From contig MU626297.1 in assembly GCA_025603075.1 (NCBI GenBank), positions 62,001 through 126,000 of the forward strand: a stretch of 64,000 bases of DNA, written 5' to 3'. Below are positions 14,266 through 27,674 of the stretch, in pieces. The position numbers were made by a program, and so were the translations under genes. Below the pieces are notes generated by a model that saw only the letters and a list, made by a program, of their open reading frames with translations, did no database searches and had not been told where the DNA came from. The stretch comes from Neoconidiobolus thromboides FSU 785. Taxonomy: Eukaryota; Fungi; Entomophthoromycota. Each line of letters starts with the position of its first letter. Positions within the stretch are counted from its first letter, which is position 1.

Positions 14266-15366
14266 ATGGAAAATGAATTTTTAAATTATTTATCTCAACT
14301 AGATCCCAATGAACAAAATAAATTTTTATTACAACATGGTTTATTAAATCAAAATAATTTTACTTTTTTAAATAATAGTAATAATAATAATAGTAATAAT
14401 AATCACCATCAAAATTTCATTAATTTGAATAATAACTATTCAATACCAGCTACATTATCAATGTCAATTCAACCTGTGACCGAGAATATGACATTACAAT
14501 TAAGGAATATTCAACCGACAACAGAGGACATGACATTAAAACTAAGGAATATCCAACCTATTGTAGAGACTATATCTTCACAAGAAAGACCTTTGAATAA
14601 GATTAATAATAATAAATTAGTACCCACCCCACGAAAAAGTAAAGTATGGAAATATTATTCAGAATTTAAAACTGAACAAGGTTTGGATAAATGTTTTTGT
14701 ATTTTATGTGGAAGAGAATATTTTAATACAACATCTACTTCAACATTAAGAAGTCACCTTTTAGCAAGTCATAAAATTAATTTTAAAGCGGATTCAATGG
14801 AGATTAACTCACCAAGTATGGAGCAAGCGAATAGGAATGATGTGAATGGTAACATTAATGATAATGGTAATAATAATAATGATAGTAATAATAGTAATAA
14901 TAACATAGAAATGGGTAATATTAATTTTGGTAAAAAAAAAGAAATATTTCATAAATGTTTTAAAAAAAAGGGAATCAATAGTGAAAATGGAAAAAAAGAA
15001 ATCGAGAAGTTTCAATGTTTATTTTGTAATAGTTTATTTTCTATTAAGACATCGTCAAGTATTTTATTATTACATATGAAAAGTAAACATGAACAAATGT
15101 TATTAGGAATAGTAGCTTTAAATGATATAAATACAATGAATACTACAATATCAAAACCTATAAACAAAGGTAATAATCCTAATTTTTATGAAAGTTTATG
15201 GTTACATTTTGAGAGAAAGAAAAATTTAGAAGATAAAAAAGTATACTCTTGTAGATATTGTTCTCATTCTTATTCAAGAACTTGTAATTTTATTACTTTA
15301 ATTAAACATTTGAAAAAATTACATAATATTCATCTTGAAGTGGAAACAAATCCAAATTCAAATCCC

Positions 15367-15399
<33 letters not shown>

Positions 15400-15684
15400 T
15401 CACCTAAACTAGCAATGTCTCATACTGATGTATCAATTAACTCATTAGAAGAATTATGTGTATTTAAAACTGAAGAAGTTAAAAGGAATTCCATGTTCAT
15501 TTTGAGTGATTGGTTAAAAGCAAATAATCTAACAATAAGTTTAAATAAGAATCATGCTTTAAATGAATTTTTGTTTTGTATTGATAATAGTATTAATTTA
15601 AATCAATTAAATGAAGATAATAGTCAACGTAGAATATTAAAAGATAGTCGAAATAAAGAATTGTTTCAAACTACAATCATAGGA

Positions 15685-15782
<98 letters not shown>

Positions 15783-17394
15783 AAGTATAGAAAAAGAAAA
15801 TAGTAATTATTATTTATATTCAAAAGATCAAAAGATTAAACAGTGTATGTTTTGTTTAACGTTATTTAGTGAAGAAACTTCGGAATTCACATTAAATCGA
15901 CATTTACATGAAAGTCATAAACAACTATTTATTAATACAATTCAATTAATTCCAAATTCAAGCCAAGATATGGCATTAGCAATAATGGCTAGTAAATTTT
16001 TAATACAAGAATTAAAATCAAATCTTATTTTGCAGCAAGAATTATTTTTAAAATATTTAATTATAAAAGAAATACCAATTTCAATATTTGAATCAAATCA
16101 AATTATTCAAGCTATTGATTATTTATATCAACAAATTGAAATTAGTATGAAACAATTAATACTTAATACAACTTCAGATATTATATTATGTTTAGAATTT
16201 TTACCTTTATTACCTGTGGGTAGTTCTATGATATTAAGTTTATATTTTAAAGATAATAAATATAAAAAGAAAAAAATAATATTAGAAATTGTTAATTATA
16301 AAGTGGATATATTACAAATTCAACCAGAATGGATTCAAATGAAAATTAAAGATATTTTAGTAAAATTTGATATCAATGAATTAAGAATTATTAGTTTATT
16401 AATTAGTATTAATAATAATAATAATAATAATAAAGATAATAATAATTCACAACAATCTTTATCTTCAATTCATCATAATTTCTTAGAACAACTTCAGTAT
16501 CAATTAAATATAATGGGATTTAATACAAATATATTATATTTTTATTGTCAATTAAAACAATTAAATAATAATTTAATAGATATATTTTATAAACATCCCA
16601 TTATTAATAAAGTATTAAAAGGATTAAGATTGAATAAATTAATAATTAATAATTTTAATTTAATTTCCAATGGTCAATTAATATTAAATAAATTAAAATC
16701 TATAGAAATTGTTAATGAATTAATAAATAATTTGGAACTTAGTATTACTATGGAAGATATTAATAAAGTTCAAGAAATTTTAGAAATCTTAATTACAATT
16801 CAATTTAATAGTGATCAACTGTATAACAATTCACAAGTAACATTAGCTCAAGCTTATATAAGTAATCGTAATTTTTTATTAAATTTACAAACTTTATTAA
16901 ATCAACAAATAAGTAATTCCAATAATATATTTACAAAACTTGAGCAAAGTATTAACTCTATACCTAATTTACAAATTAGTTTATGTTTATTATTAGATCC
17001 AAGGTATAAATTAGGTCCAACTACATTAAAAAGTAAATGTGAGTATTTAAAATGGCTACAATTAAGCTATATTCAATGTTGTTTAAGAAATCAAAATAAT
17101 AATAATAATTATTTATTAAATAATAATAATAATAATAATAATAATAATTTACAATCCGAATTAGAGTTATATTTAAGTATGCCATTAATTAATCCCATAA
17201 TTAAACCTATTAATTGGTGGTTGATGGTACAGTATCGATTACCTTTATTATCAAATATTGCTATTTGTTTATTAAATATACCAAGTTATACTAAATTAGG
17301 AGATAATATATTATTAAATTTTAATCAATATGATCAATTTTGTAATATAACAATTAAACAAATTATCATTAACTGGGCATTTAATCAAAATTAA
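14266..17394 (+). CDS. Four-BED-zinc-finger protein with degenerate hAT transposase core and dimerisation domain (ZBED-like, probably domesticated)
   Basis: Intact 1042-aa single-exon ORF with four CxxC...HxxxxH fingers (SKVWKYY...CILC...HLLASH; CLFC...HMKSKH; CRYC...HLKKLH; CMFC...HLHESH). hAT motif LLDPRYK and C-terminal ELELYL...PINWW...LPLLSNIAICLLNIP. Confidence 0.8.
15685..15780 (+). repeat. (AAT)32 microsatellite encoding poly-Asn
   Basis: Perfect AAT run, in frame within the BED/hAT ORF. Similar tracts occur in URB2, TERT and ASCC2 and at 13190-13237. Confidence 0.95.
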
Positions 17395-17614
17395 ACATTA
17401 TTAATATTATTAACAACAATAATAATAACTGGTATTTCTATTTCTTTATGTTTATATAGCTTCTCAATTCTCTTTTTTGTTTTATTAATAAATTTAAAAT
17501 TATAATAAATAAATAAATAAATAACATCTATTTTTCTATTTTATTTTATTTTATTTTATTTTAAAAATAATAATTCTATGTTTTTTTATTTTTTTTTATT
17601 TTTTTTTATTAATA

Positions 17615-18436
17615 TTAAACTTTACCATCAAATTTATATTCTTTTAAATAAGCTTTATAAGCTAATTTTAATACATATTGTTGCGATGGATCTAACCAAG
17701 TTAAAATAGGTTCAGGAGATAATGGATACATAACATCAAATATATTAAACCAAGCTTCAAATGTTTTCTTACTTTTATTTTCTTCGTTATTATTATTATT
17801 GTTATTTTCATTATAAACAAAGCCTTTAACTAATTTAATTAATAAATAATTTAAATGTTGATTAAAATTCTTATTTTTTTTCATTGCTGATAAACTTTGT
17901 AATAACCTATAAAAGTGAGTTGAACATTCTATAGTTGATAATTTTAATAATAGTTGGATTAGTGTAGGTTCAAAACTAGTTAGTTCTTCATAATGAGATT
18001 TCATTAATTGAGATACTATATTACAATGAATTTCATCATATGTTGGATGTAATGGTATACTTTCTAATATTGTTAATATAATTTCAATTTCATTAGAATG
18101 TAAAATATATTCCTATTAATTATTGATAAATGAAAACATTATTATTATTATTATATTAATCATTACCTTATTAAATATAATTACTTCAATAATTTGAATT
18201 ATTAATTTAATTATCTCATTATTATTATTATTATTATTTACTAATAATAATACTTGAGATAAATAATCTAATACTTTATTTAAATTACGTGAGATTAATT
18301 TCTTGGTACCTGTTAAAATTAAAAAACAACAAGAATTAATAAATATTTTAATAAATAGATTATTAGAATATATTAATTACTTACCTTCTAATCCAAATTT
18401 AAAACAAAAATAATAAAAATATAAACTACTATAAAT

Positions 18437-18469
<33 letters not shown>

Positions 18470-19334
18470 ATTTTGAATTAATCTATTCATTCCTAAATTT
18501 AAACAAGAGTCCCATTGAGTAGATGATAATCTATTAGTAAATTGAATAATTAATTGAATAATACAATTTAAATTGTCCTCTTGATTTTTAATTTGTAATG
18601 AAGTTGAATTTTGACTTAATGAATATTCAAAACTTAATAAAATAGAACTTAATATTGGCAGTAAAATGGAGTTTTCTAGAAAATGAATCGGATATGATTG
18701 AATTAAAATTAAATGTAACTGAAATAATCTTTGAATTATTATTAAATTATTAGGATTATTCTTTGTAAAATTTGATTGTAATTGATGATAATATTGTATT
18801 GATTGTAATAATATAAATTCATATTGTTTATTTTGTAAATTATTATTGCTTAAACTATTACTTAAATTATATAATATTATTAAATCAAATAATTCTAAAA
18901 ATTTATTTAATAAATTATTTGGATTACTATTATCATTATTATAATCATTGTTATTATTTGTAATTGTATTAAATATATGTTCTATCTTAACCCATACTTT
19001 TTTGATTATTTGATTGAATATTATATTAATTAATGATATTGATTTTAATCTATAAATAAATAAATAATCATATAATATATATTATGTATTAATTTTACCT
19101 TTGTAAGTTATTTAAAGAATTTAATGCTAATTCCATAGCAATGATACTAGATTGTCTACATTCATTATCAAAAGTATTATTTTCTTTTTTTATTGTTAAT
19201 GTGTTATTTAAAAATTCTAAAATGAATTCATCTTGTTTATCTGATTGGCTTTTATTTAATTGATTTCCTAAATTTAATAAATATTGTCGAATACCAATTG
19301 ATAATACTTTATTTAATTTTAATTTTAATTGTTG

Positions 19335-19378
<44 letters not shown>

Positions 19379-20081
19379 ATAAAAATTGATTTAATGAGTT
19401 TAATAACCAAGAAATATAAGATTGATCATAGCGAATAAGATGAATACCCATATTATTGTTTATAACTAAATTTATTAATATTGTTAAACTTAATTCCCAA
19501 CTATTATAAATTTGTTGATTTAATGTTGAATTATTATTATTATTATTATTAAATAATTGTTTGATTAATTTTTGTATTGAATAAATAATAACAAATAATT
19601 GATCTCTTAAATTACTATCAATATATTCTTCTGGAAAATAATTGAGTAACATCAAATTATGATTAATTTCTTTTAATACGTTTTCATTACATTGAATATT
19701 ATTATTATTAGTTATTGATATTTTTTGAATTTCAGAAATAATCTGTTGATAATCAATTTCTTCTTTTCCTTCAGTTTGTAAATAATTATTATGATTAAAT
19801 AATAATTTATGTGTTTTACTTAACAAATTGAATACGAATTGATTTTTAAATTTAGTGATCTCATAAAATCGACTACTATTTAACAATTCATATAGGATTG
19901 AATTATATGTATTATTGTTATTATTGATTATTAAATTAGTAATATCATTTAATTGTTGTTTATTTGCTAAACTAATAACTAATGGAAACCAGGGACCAAT
20001 TAATGTCTTCAATAATATATTATTATTACTATTATTATTATTATATTGAATTAAATTAATAGTACAATCTAAAATATTCGA

Positions 20082-20116
<35 letters not shown>

Positions 20117-22271
20117 AATAATAATTAAAATCTAATAATTGAAATAAAAATCGAACTAAACAATTTAAATAATTGCCATTCATTAAATAATAATTGTATT
20201 GATTACTAATACCAATTAATAATTCATTAATAATTGGTTGATTTAAATTATATTTTGGTAAATAATCAATAATAGTATTAATTAATAACAAACAATTGCT
20301 ATTTAATTGATATTCTATTGAATTTAATTGATTACTTATTTGTTGTTGACTATTATTGAATTTAGTTTGCTGAATTTTATTATTAATTTGTAATATTGGA
20401 TTATCTTCAATTTTATTCAAATTTCTAAAATATTCGTTTTGAAAATAATTCAATAATTTATCAAATATTTGTTGTAATAATTGATGGTCTATACAATGTT
20501 TAGGTATACCAAGTAATGTATGAATTAATAATAAAATCACGCTTACTTTATTCCTATTATTGTTACTTTCTTTTTCTGTTTTACTTTTTTTATTTTTATG
20601 TTCTTCTATTAAATTAATCTCAATTTCATCTTGATTTTCTTTTAATATATTCTTCTCATCTACAATGGCTTTAAAAAATAATTGAATAATAACTCCATTT
20701 AACATAATTGAGTTCATTTCTTTTAATAATAATTTATATTGTCTAATAAATGGTCCATAATAAAACAAACTTTGTAATCCTTGCTTCTCATTTTTAATGT
20801 TATACTTTAAACTAGTATTGATAATAGTATTAAAAGATACCTCCCATAATCGTGCATCATGATATTCTTTAATTAATGCTAATGCTAATTCACTGGCTTC
20901 TTGTTGAATGTTTTCTGTCGGATATAAAACTAATTCCCATAATTTTGGTATTTCCTGTTGTACTAATAAATAATCAATTTTAACAAAGGAAGTATAAGCC
21001 TTAATTAAACTAGGTAAATTAACATCATCATTGATATCATAGCTAAATATGATTTGTTTTACTTGTTGTAATATATCCATTTGTTGTTGTTTAATAATAT
21101 CATTTGTTGGTTGATATAGTTCATAATATGCTATTTTTTCTATTATCTTTGATAAGCTAATGATCTGGTAAGTTTTATAATTGTTATTACTTTCTATTTT
21201 AATATTGATTATTACTTTTAATAATTGTAATATAAAACTAAATTCTAATATAACAGCTGGTCGGTTGGGATTTTTTTTAATAAATAAATCAATTAATTGT
21301 GGTAACATCAATAATAAGGTTGGATTAGTATTATTGTTATTTTCTTCTATTGATTTTTTAATCTTTTCAAATAATAATTGGCGATAACTTTGAGTTAATT
21401 CAGACGAATAAATAGTACCATAATCTATTAAATAACTGGGATGAAATAAACTAATACTTAAAAATTCTTTAATTTTTCCTTGTAGTAAAATAATATTTTC
21501 ATTTTCATTTTCATTTAGGTTGTTTTCAATAATCTTATTTAATTGAAATTGGCATTTTAATATTGTTATTAATAATTGATCCACAACTGTTTGAAATAAT
21601 TTTTTATAAGTCGGACTCCAATTAATTAATTTAATAAGATAGCCTGAAAGCATAATTAACAATTCAATAATTGAAGCTAAAAACTGTAATTTTTCTTTTA
21701 AATTGAACTCTTCTTCTTCAACTTCAATAACCTTATCAAACAATAAAAAACATTCCAAATATAATTTAATTAACCCATCCGAATTCATGGCTTCTAAATA
21801 ATTGAAACAAACTGAAAACGCTTTTGTTGATAATACTAATAATTGTTGATAAATTTCTATCTCTTCTTTTCTGTACTCTTGATTTAATTCTTTGATAATA
21901 TATTTTATTGTACTTGTAATAACTGTAACAATGGGTAATTTAGAAAATAAATTTTTTACCTTAATATCCTTATCAAAACTATTTAATTCTTTATTCTCTT
22001 CATTCAATTTCATTAATAATTTAGTAAAAAATGACCAATATCTAATACTTAAATAAGGAGTATCATTTAAATAAGTTGTATGATAAATAGTAGATTTAGA
22101 TATCAATTGAATATTCCATTCTAATAAAAATGTATCTAAATTTTGTAACGTAGTACTGGTAGGGTCTTGTAATACTTTTTCAGCTATTTCTATTTTTTGA
22201 GTGTTGGATAAAGAACTTCCCTTTAAACTTTTGACTAATCGATCTCCGCTAATCTTAAATGGCTCCGACAT
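17615..22271 (-). CDS. URB2: Nucleolar pre-60S factor Urb2/Npa2, multi-exon (the ORF-track pieces 19095-22271 and 17615-18004 are one gene)
   Basis: N-terminus DRLVKSLK...KIEIAEKVL...FLLEW. A splice donor at ~19098 leads into an open frame through 18.3-19.0 kb. The C-terminus WLDPSQQYVLKLAYKAYLKEYKFDGKV* matches the Urb2 domain end. Confidence 0.75.
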
Positions 22272-22471
22272 GATATATTCTATTTCTATTTCTATTAAAA
22301 GTAAAATAAAATAAAATTGAAAATGTAGGATTAATTATTTTTTAACAATCTATCAACTTGATTTAATTGGTTCATTTTAATCTCAATTTTTTTTCGAAAA
22401 GTTAAAATATTGAGCTTTAAAATTGCATTAAACTATTCTTTAACTAAACAACATTGAATAAAAACTAAAGT

Positions 22472-23208
22472 ATGGTCAACCCACGCCAACGTCGTAAGCT
22501 TAAAAACCCAGTGCAGAAGCGTAAAGCAAAAAAAACGAATCGAAAAACAGCTGTCCCCGGAATTGCTTTAGTCCAACAACATTGGGATAAATCCAAGTCG
22601 ATTCAAGAAAACTATTCGAATCTCGGACTTATGCAACGGCTTAATAAACCAAAAGGAGGTATAAGTTCTCAAATAACTGAAGATAGCACGAAGCCATTTG
22701 ATTTATCTAATTGTGAATCCATGGATAATGCTACTTTATCAAGATATATTGGACCTGAGTTTGGTGTTATTGAAAGGGATGAAGAGGGTAATATTGTTAA
22801 TATTACTATCGCTGATAAGGAGGATTATATTGATAAACCATTACCTAAAGCTCCAGCTAAAACAGAGTTTATGAAAGGTAAGAATTGATTTCGATTTGTA
22901 AAGGAATATTTGAAAGTTAAATTTTGTTATTGTAGAATTGGAGAGTTTAGCTTCTCAAGAGGTAACTGCAGCTAAATTTATTGGTGAACTAGATAGAAAA
23001 ATGTGCGTTCAATTGATAAATAAATATGGCGATGATTTTAAGGTAAGAAAGTTTATAAATTATTGTTTATCGTTTTAATTAATGCTTGTTTTAAATACAA
23101 TAGGCTATGTCAAGGGATCATAAAATTAATATGAATCAACTTACACCTAAACAAATTAAAAGGTTGATTGAGAAATATCATAGCATTGTTGGAGAAGGAA
23201 AAGAATAG
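22472..23208 (+). CDS. NOP16: Nucleolar protein 16, 3 exons
   Basis: MVNPRQRRK; HWDKSKSIQENYSNLGL; later exons QLINKYGDDFK|AMSRDHKINMNQLTPKQIKRLIEKY. Confidence 0.92.
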
Positions 23209-23285
23209 GTTCTATTTTTGGTGTTAGAAAAAGAAAGAAATATTATAGAGAAATTATTAAATTTTTATTTACAATTTATTCATAT

Positions 23286-23342
23286 ACTTTTAATTATGTT
23301 ACTTTTAATTATGTTACTTTTAATTATGTTACTTTTAATTAT
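23286..23342. repeat. 15-bp tandem repeat (ACTTTTAATTATGTT) x3.8
   Basis: Three exact units plus a partial unit downstream of the NOP16 stop. Confidence 0.9.
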
Positions 23343-23898
23343 ATTCCAATTGACTTTTTTATTAAAGTAACACATTTATTAAGTTTATACACTAAAGTTA
23401 TGTCCTTATTGAGTTCATATTCTTAGTTAGGTAGGGAAATATCTATTAAAATCTCTTGCTTATTTAGTTTTAGAATAAGCTACATAATAGCTATAAATGG
23501 AACTATCATGTTATAATTTATTCAATGCCTAGGACCTTGGGTTATGAATGATAATATTAAAATAGTTTAAATAATCTAATATTTTTTATAACACTGTTAG
23601 CTAATGATTTATTTTATTTATTAGATATTCAATTATAAATATAAATGATTGTGTTGACTATTTGTTTGCCAATTTCTATATTATATATATACCATCTTAT
23701 ATAAATTTGAATAAAGTATCATATTACTTAACTTAATAGCTATTGATATTCTCATTATTTATTATAAAAACACATTACAATCTAAAATATAGAAATTTAA
23801 AATAAAGGTAAGAATAAAAATTATAAAGTTAGTTTATTCTATAACACCATTAATATATATATCAAACCGTCAACTTTCTATACTCCTTTGCACCCGTT

Positions 23899-24864
23899 CT
23901 ACTCCTTCTTTTTACTTTTCTTTTCTTTTTTCTCCTCTTTTTCCTTTTTACTTTTTTTTTCTTTCTTTTCTTTCTTTACCTTCTTTTCTTTTTTCTCTTT
24001 TTTAATATCCTCCCCTTCCCTTTTTTCCTTCTTAACTTTCCCACTCATAATAGTTTCATTAACTTCAACTACTTTCGCAATATCGGCTCCTGTTCTAACT
24101 AGTTTTCCCACTTGTTCAGCGCGAGCACCTTTACGTGCACTCAATCTTCCACAAGCTTCAAACAAAGCTTCATCACTGATTTTAGTAGTAAAATCTCTAT
24201 ATTAATGTAAAATATTAACATTTTTATCAATTTTTCACCAGAACAAAGCTAAATTTACTCTACTTGAAAGTCAGCAGCGGAAGACTTATTAAAATAACCA
24301 TATAATGTATTCTTTAAAATAATTTGATGTTGGTTTAAAATTCGAATTGGACCTGAAATAACTTGTTCCTCTTTTTCCTCTTTTTTTTGCTTTTTTCCAG
24401 ATGGTCGTTCAATACTGATAATACCCATTGTATTCTTTTCAATTGATTCGATATCAGTACTTTTTACTTGAATTTCCTATTGACCATTTTCTATTAATAA
24501 AAAATTCGTTTGTTTAATATTAACTAAAGACTTACCCCATTTTCATTATCGACTTGAACAGTTGAAGATACTTTATTATAAACATGATCCCACCATGCAA
24601 ACTCATAATCATTTTTAGCACCTACCTAATAGCAATAATAAAATTTTATCTTGATATTATTATTATCATTAAATTACCCCTCTAGTATCAGATTTTTTAG
24701 CTACAGTAATAGCTTTTTTTATACCTTTTCTATCTTTTCCCAAACCTTCTCCTCTAGTAGGTGTTTATATTAATATCTTTTGATTTATATATTTCCATTA
24801 ATCCAAGTACTTACTTGCTCCATCCTTGATTTCTTAAATGTTTTTCAGCAAATGGCCCGGTCAT
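23899..24864 (-). CDS. GPATCH4: G-patch protein GPATCH4/Tma23-like with KKE-rich tail, multi-exon
   Basis: MTGPFAEKHLRNQGWS.|GEGLGKDRKGIKKAITVAKKSDTRG|VGAKNDYEFAWWDHVYNK; SDEALFEACGRLSARKGAR; Lys/Glu-rich C-terminus. Confidence 0.85.
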
Positions 24865-25074
24865 TTTGAGTAGGGTAATATTAATAAAATAATTAATCAA
24901 GTTTTTCTGTTAAAATGGTTCCTGCCTTATGCAAATTTAGTGGTAAAATTAAGGTCAAGAACTTTTAATCTAAAGTTTTGCAATTTGGGTAAAAAGACTG
25001 GGCAAAAATAGGAAATTGCAGGTTGCTAAAGTTTTGTACTTTTCAAAATTTTAAGCCATACGAAGATAAGATAA

Positions 25075-26150
25075 ATTATCAAATGAAGCCAACAAATTCT
25101 TTGAAGCTTTAGCAGCCCGTGAAGTTTTCAGTAAACCTAAAGTGAAGCCTATGGATAAAAAAGACAGGCTTAATAAATAGAAAGGTGTAAGAATACAAAG
25201 TTTGACTGAAGATGAAAAAACAAAAAGCAGAAACTAGAAAGCGCGTGAATGATGTAAATGAAACTAATATTGATTTTCATTCTAATATTTATGATTTAGG
25301 TGGATTAAAAGACATAATACTAAAAAATTCGATCAGCTACACATATGGAGATTTAGAACTATTAAAAACAGTGAGGAAAATAGTCATTAATATTTAATAT
25401 CAAACATATTCTAGAAAGCTCATGAGCCTAGAACAATAAAACAAATAGCGAAGTAAATTAACATCAAAGGATGGGAAGAGTCTAGGTTGTATGATCATTT
25501 AAAAATAGTTGACAAAGTTACCTACAATCTTGAAAATGATACTTCGAATTAAAGTAATTTTCAATCTAAAAAAAATCAAACTAATCATATAGGCCCGATT
25601 ATGTTGTAAAAGAACCTGATGATTTATTTAAAATTGTTTGTCTTCAGTATAGGGATAACTCAAATGAGAGAGTGATTCTTTAACTGGACTTAAAACAAAA
25701 AGGCTTGTTGAATCCATAATGGGTTTAGTTCCTTTTGCAGAAAATTTTATAGAAGTAAAAAAGTATGTTTTTAAAGAAAAGCGCGGAATGAAAAGCTTAC
25801 ATTATAAAATTTACACTATGTCATGTGATGTTGCTGATAATATAGAGATAGTAGTGTAAAATTATAGGATTTTCATTATTTTATAATTTATGGTCATGTG
25901 GGGGTAAACTTGGGGCACTTGATCAAACAGATCTTATATCCCAGATGGAGAAGAGTGAGTTTAGTTTAGATCAATATCTTTTGCTTGTATTGCTATAGAG
26001 GACTTAAAAACTATGGGGAAACCTTTATTAAAAAAGGATACAGAGGTAAGTTATGCTATAGTTTTAGCACTGTTTATTGTAAACAACTTAAAGGGTTCAA
26101 AGCCAATTGTTGAAAAACCTTATCAATCTAGGCAAAAGCAGAAGCGTACC
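25075..26150 (+). pseudogene. Degraded, unidentified coding relic
   Basis: Protein-like frames (NEANKFFEALAAREVFSKPKVKPMDKKDRLNK*KGVRIQSLTEDEK; NVNETNIDFHSNIYDLGGLK; RPDYVVKEPDDLFKIVCLQY) are broken by in-frame stops and frameshifts, with intron-like gaps. No family recognised. Confidence 0.35.
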
Positions 26151-26593
26151 AATATTCACTTGCCTTAAACGATGAATTATATTTAAATGAGACTATACTC
26201 TTTATATTTTATTTTAGATTTACATTGATCATTCTTATGGTACACATACCTCATACTTATAGCAAGTCAAATTTTATCTTTACTGTAAATTGTATCAAAC
26301 ATTTGTTATAATAATAACCTTAAGCAAAGTTGTCATTTATGAAATTATCAACTTTTACTATTGTTTTTTATTTTGAGCTCCTATCCTTGAATTATATAAA
26401 TCAGTGGAATAAACGTAATGCGGATTTGAATTCATCCACAATTATGTAGTAATATTACACCAGAAAAAAAAAGAAAGGTATTAGATATATTCCAGATAAA
26501 ATAAAGTTATGAGAAATAAGTATTTTCAAAAGGTTCATTATATGAAACAAAGGTGAAGGGTGAGGCTATTTAACACACACAAGAGTTTATTCT

Positions 26594-26660
26594 ATTTGGT
26601 TGCATTTTTTTGTCCAAAAATTTTACTAACAATCTTGAACAAAAAAATACATCCTCATAT
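26594..26660. mobile_element. MITE-like repeat, internally deleted or rearranged copy D
   Basis: Left arm ...TTTTTGTCCAAAAATTTTACTAACAATCT is joined to an inverted arm ending TGAACAAAAAAATACATCCTCATAT. Confidence 0.55.
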
Positions 26661-26822
26661 GCTTAACTATTGGAATTTGACTAGAAAATATAAAAAATTT
26701 AAAATATAAAAACTTTGTCATTTTTAACCAATTAAAGTTGAATTAAACCTAGCTTTGTATAATAATTTAACAGCAAACACAAAACTATAAATGTAATGTA
26801 TTTTCAAAAAACAGTTTTTCAA

Positions 26823-26926
26823 AATAGGGATATTTTTTTTACTTCATTATTTTTCCATTTTTTAAGCGCTATTTGAATAGAAAGATTGTTAGTAAAATTC
26901 TTAAACACAAAGAAACACCCTCAAAT
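26823..26926 (-). mobile_element. MITE-like dispersed repeat, copy E
   Basis: Ends AATAGGGATATT / ACACCCTCAAAT. Core TTTTAAGCGCTATTTGAATAGAAAGATTGTTAGTAAAATTCTTAAA. Confidence 0.7.
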
Positions 26927-27674
26927 AATTACTTTATTTGAAACCCCTATATATTCTTGTTTTTTATAGCGCAACTACATAATTGTGTATAACCCCAACT
27001 ATGTATTAAGTCGAGTTTTACTATAGTTTTACTATAAGGTTTAATTTGTTACTAATCATTTATCTTAGTATAATATTATTATGATACCTAACTTCAAAAC
27101 TATTACAAATTTATAAGCAAAAACTTTATAAATAGATTAAAGCTTTTAAACATTAAATAAAATATAAATTAAACCTGTTGTTAATAAAATTTAAAAAAAA
27201 TTAACGATATTATGATGTTGTTAAACCTTATTGCATGTTAGTATGCTAAATGTTCAGTTCATTTTAATTTTAATATTTAGGTAATTTTTTAAATCTATTA
27301 ATTTTATCATTTATTGTTAATGCATTAATTAAAAACTAAAATATAAAACTTATATAACCGAATCCTTTGAATTTATAGGTCATAGATTAAAAATGTATAA
27401 CAAGGAAAATAATAAAAAATTGAAGTTGTTACCATATGTATAAATATTTTATGTATTTTTATTATTATTTAAAAAAATTATTTAAATTAGGTTTTATTTT
27501 TATTAAGATATTTAATTTATTAATTGAGAAATGTGACTACTTTTCAAACGATAAAAAATTAGACAGCTTAAACTTTCTATTAAATCATAGCTAAATGAAT
27601 CAACCCTAGCCAATAAAATAAAATAAATATAAGTAAAGTACCTTAAAATATAACAATCTTCTTTGTTTAAAAAT

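Noticed and set aside
23888-24205. Hydrophobic antisense ORFs in the track (also 47978-48208, 14809-15015, 21181-21387, 34084-34941, 53117-53512 and others)
   Set aside because: These are shadows of Lys/Glu-rich, Asn-rich or conserved sense genes on the opposite strand or frame, with no independent motifs.
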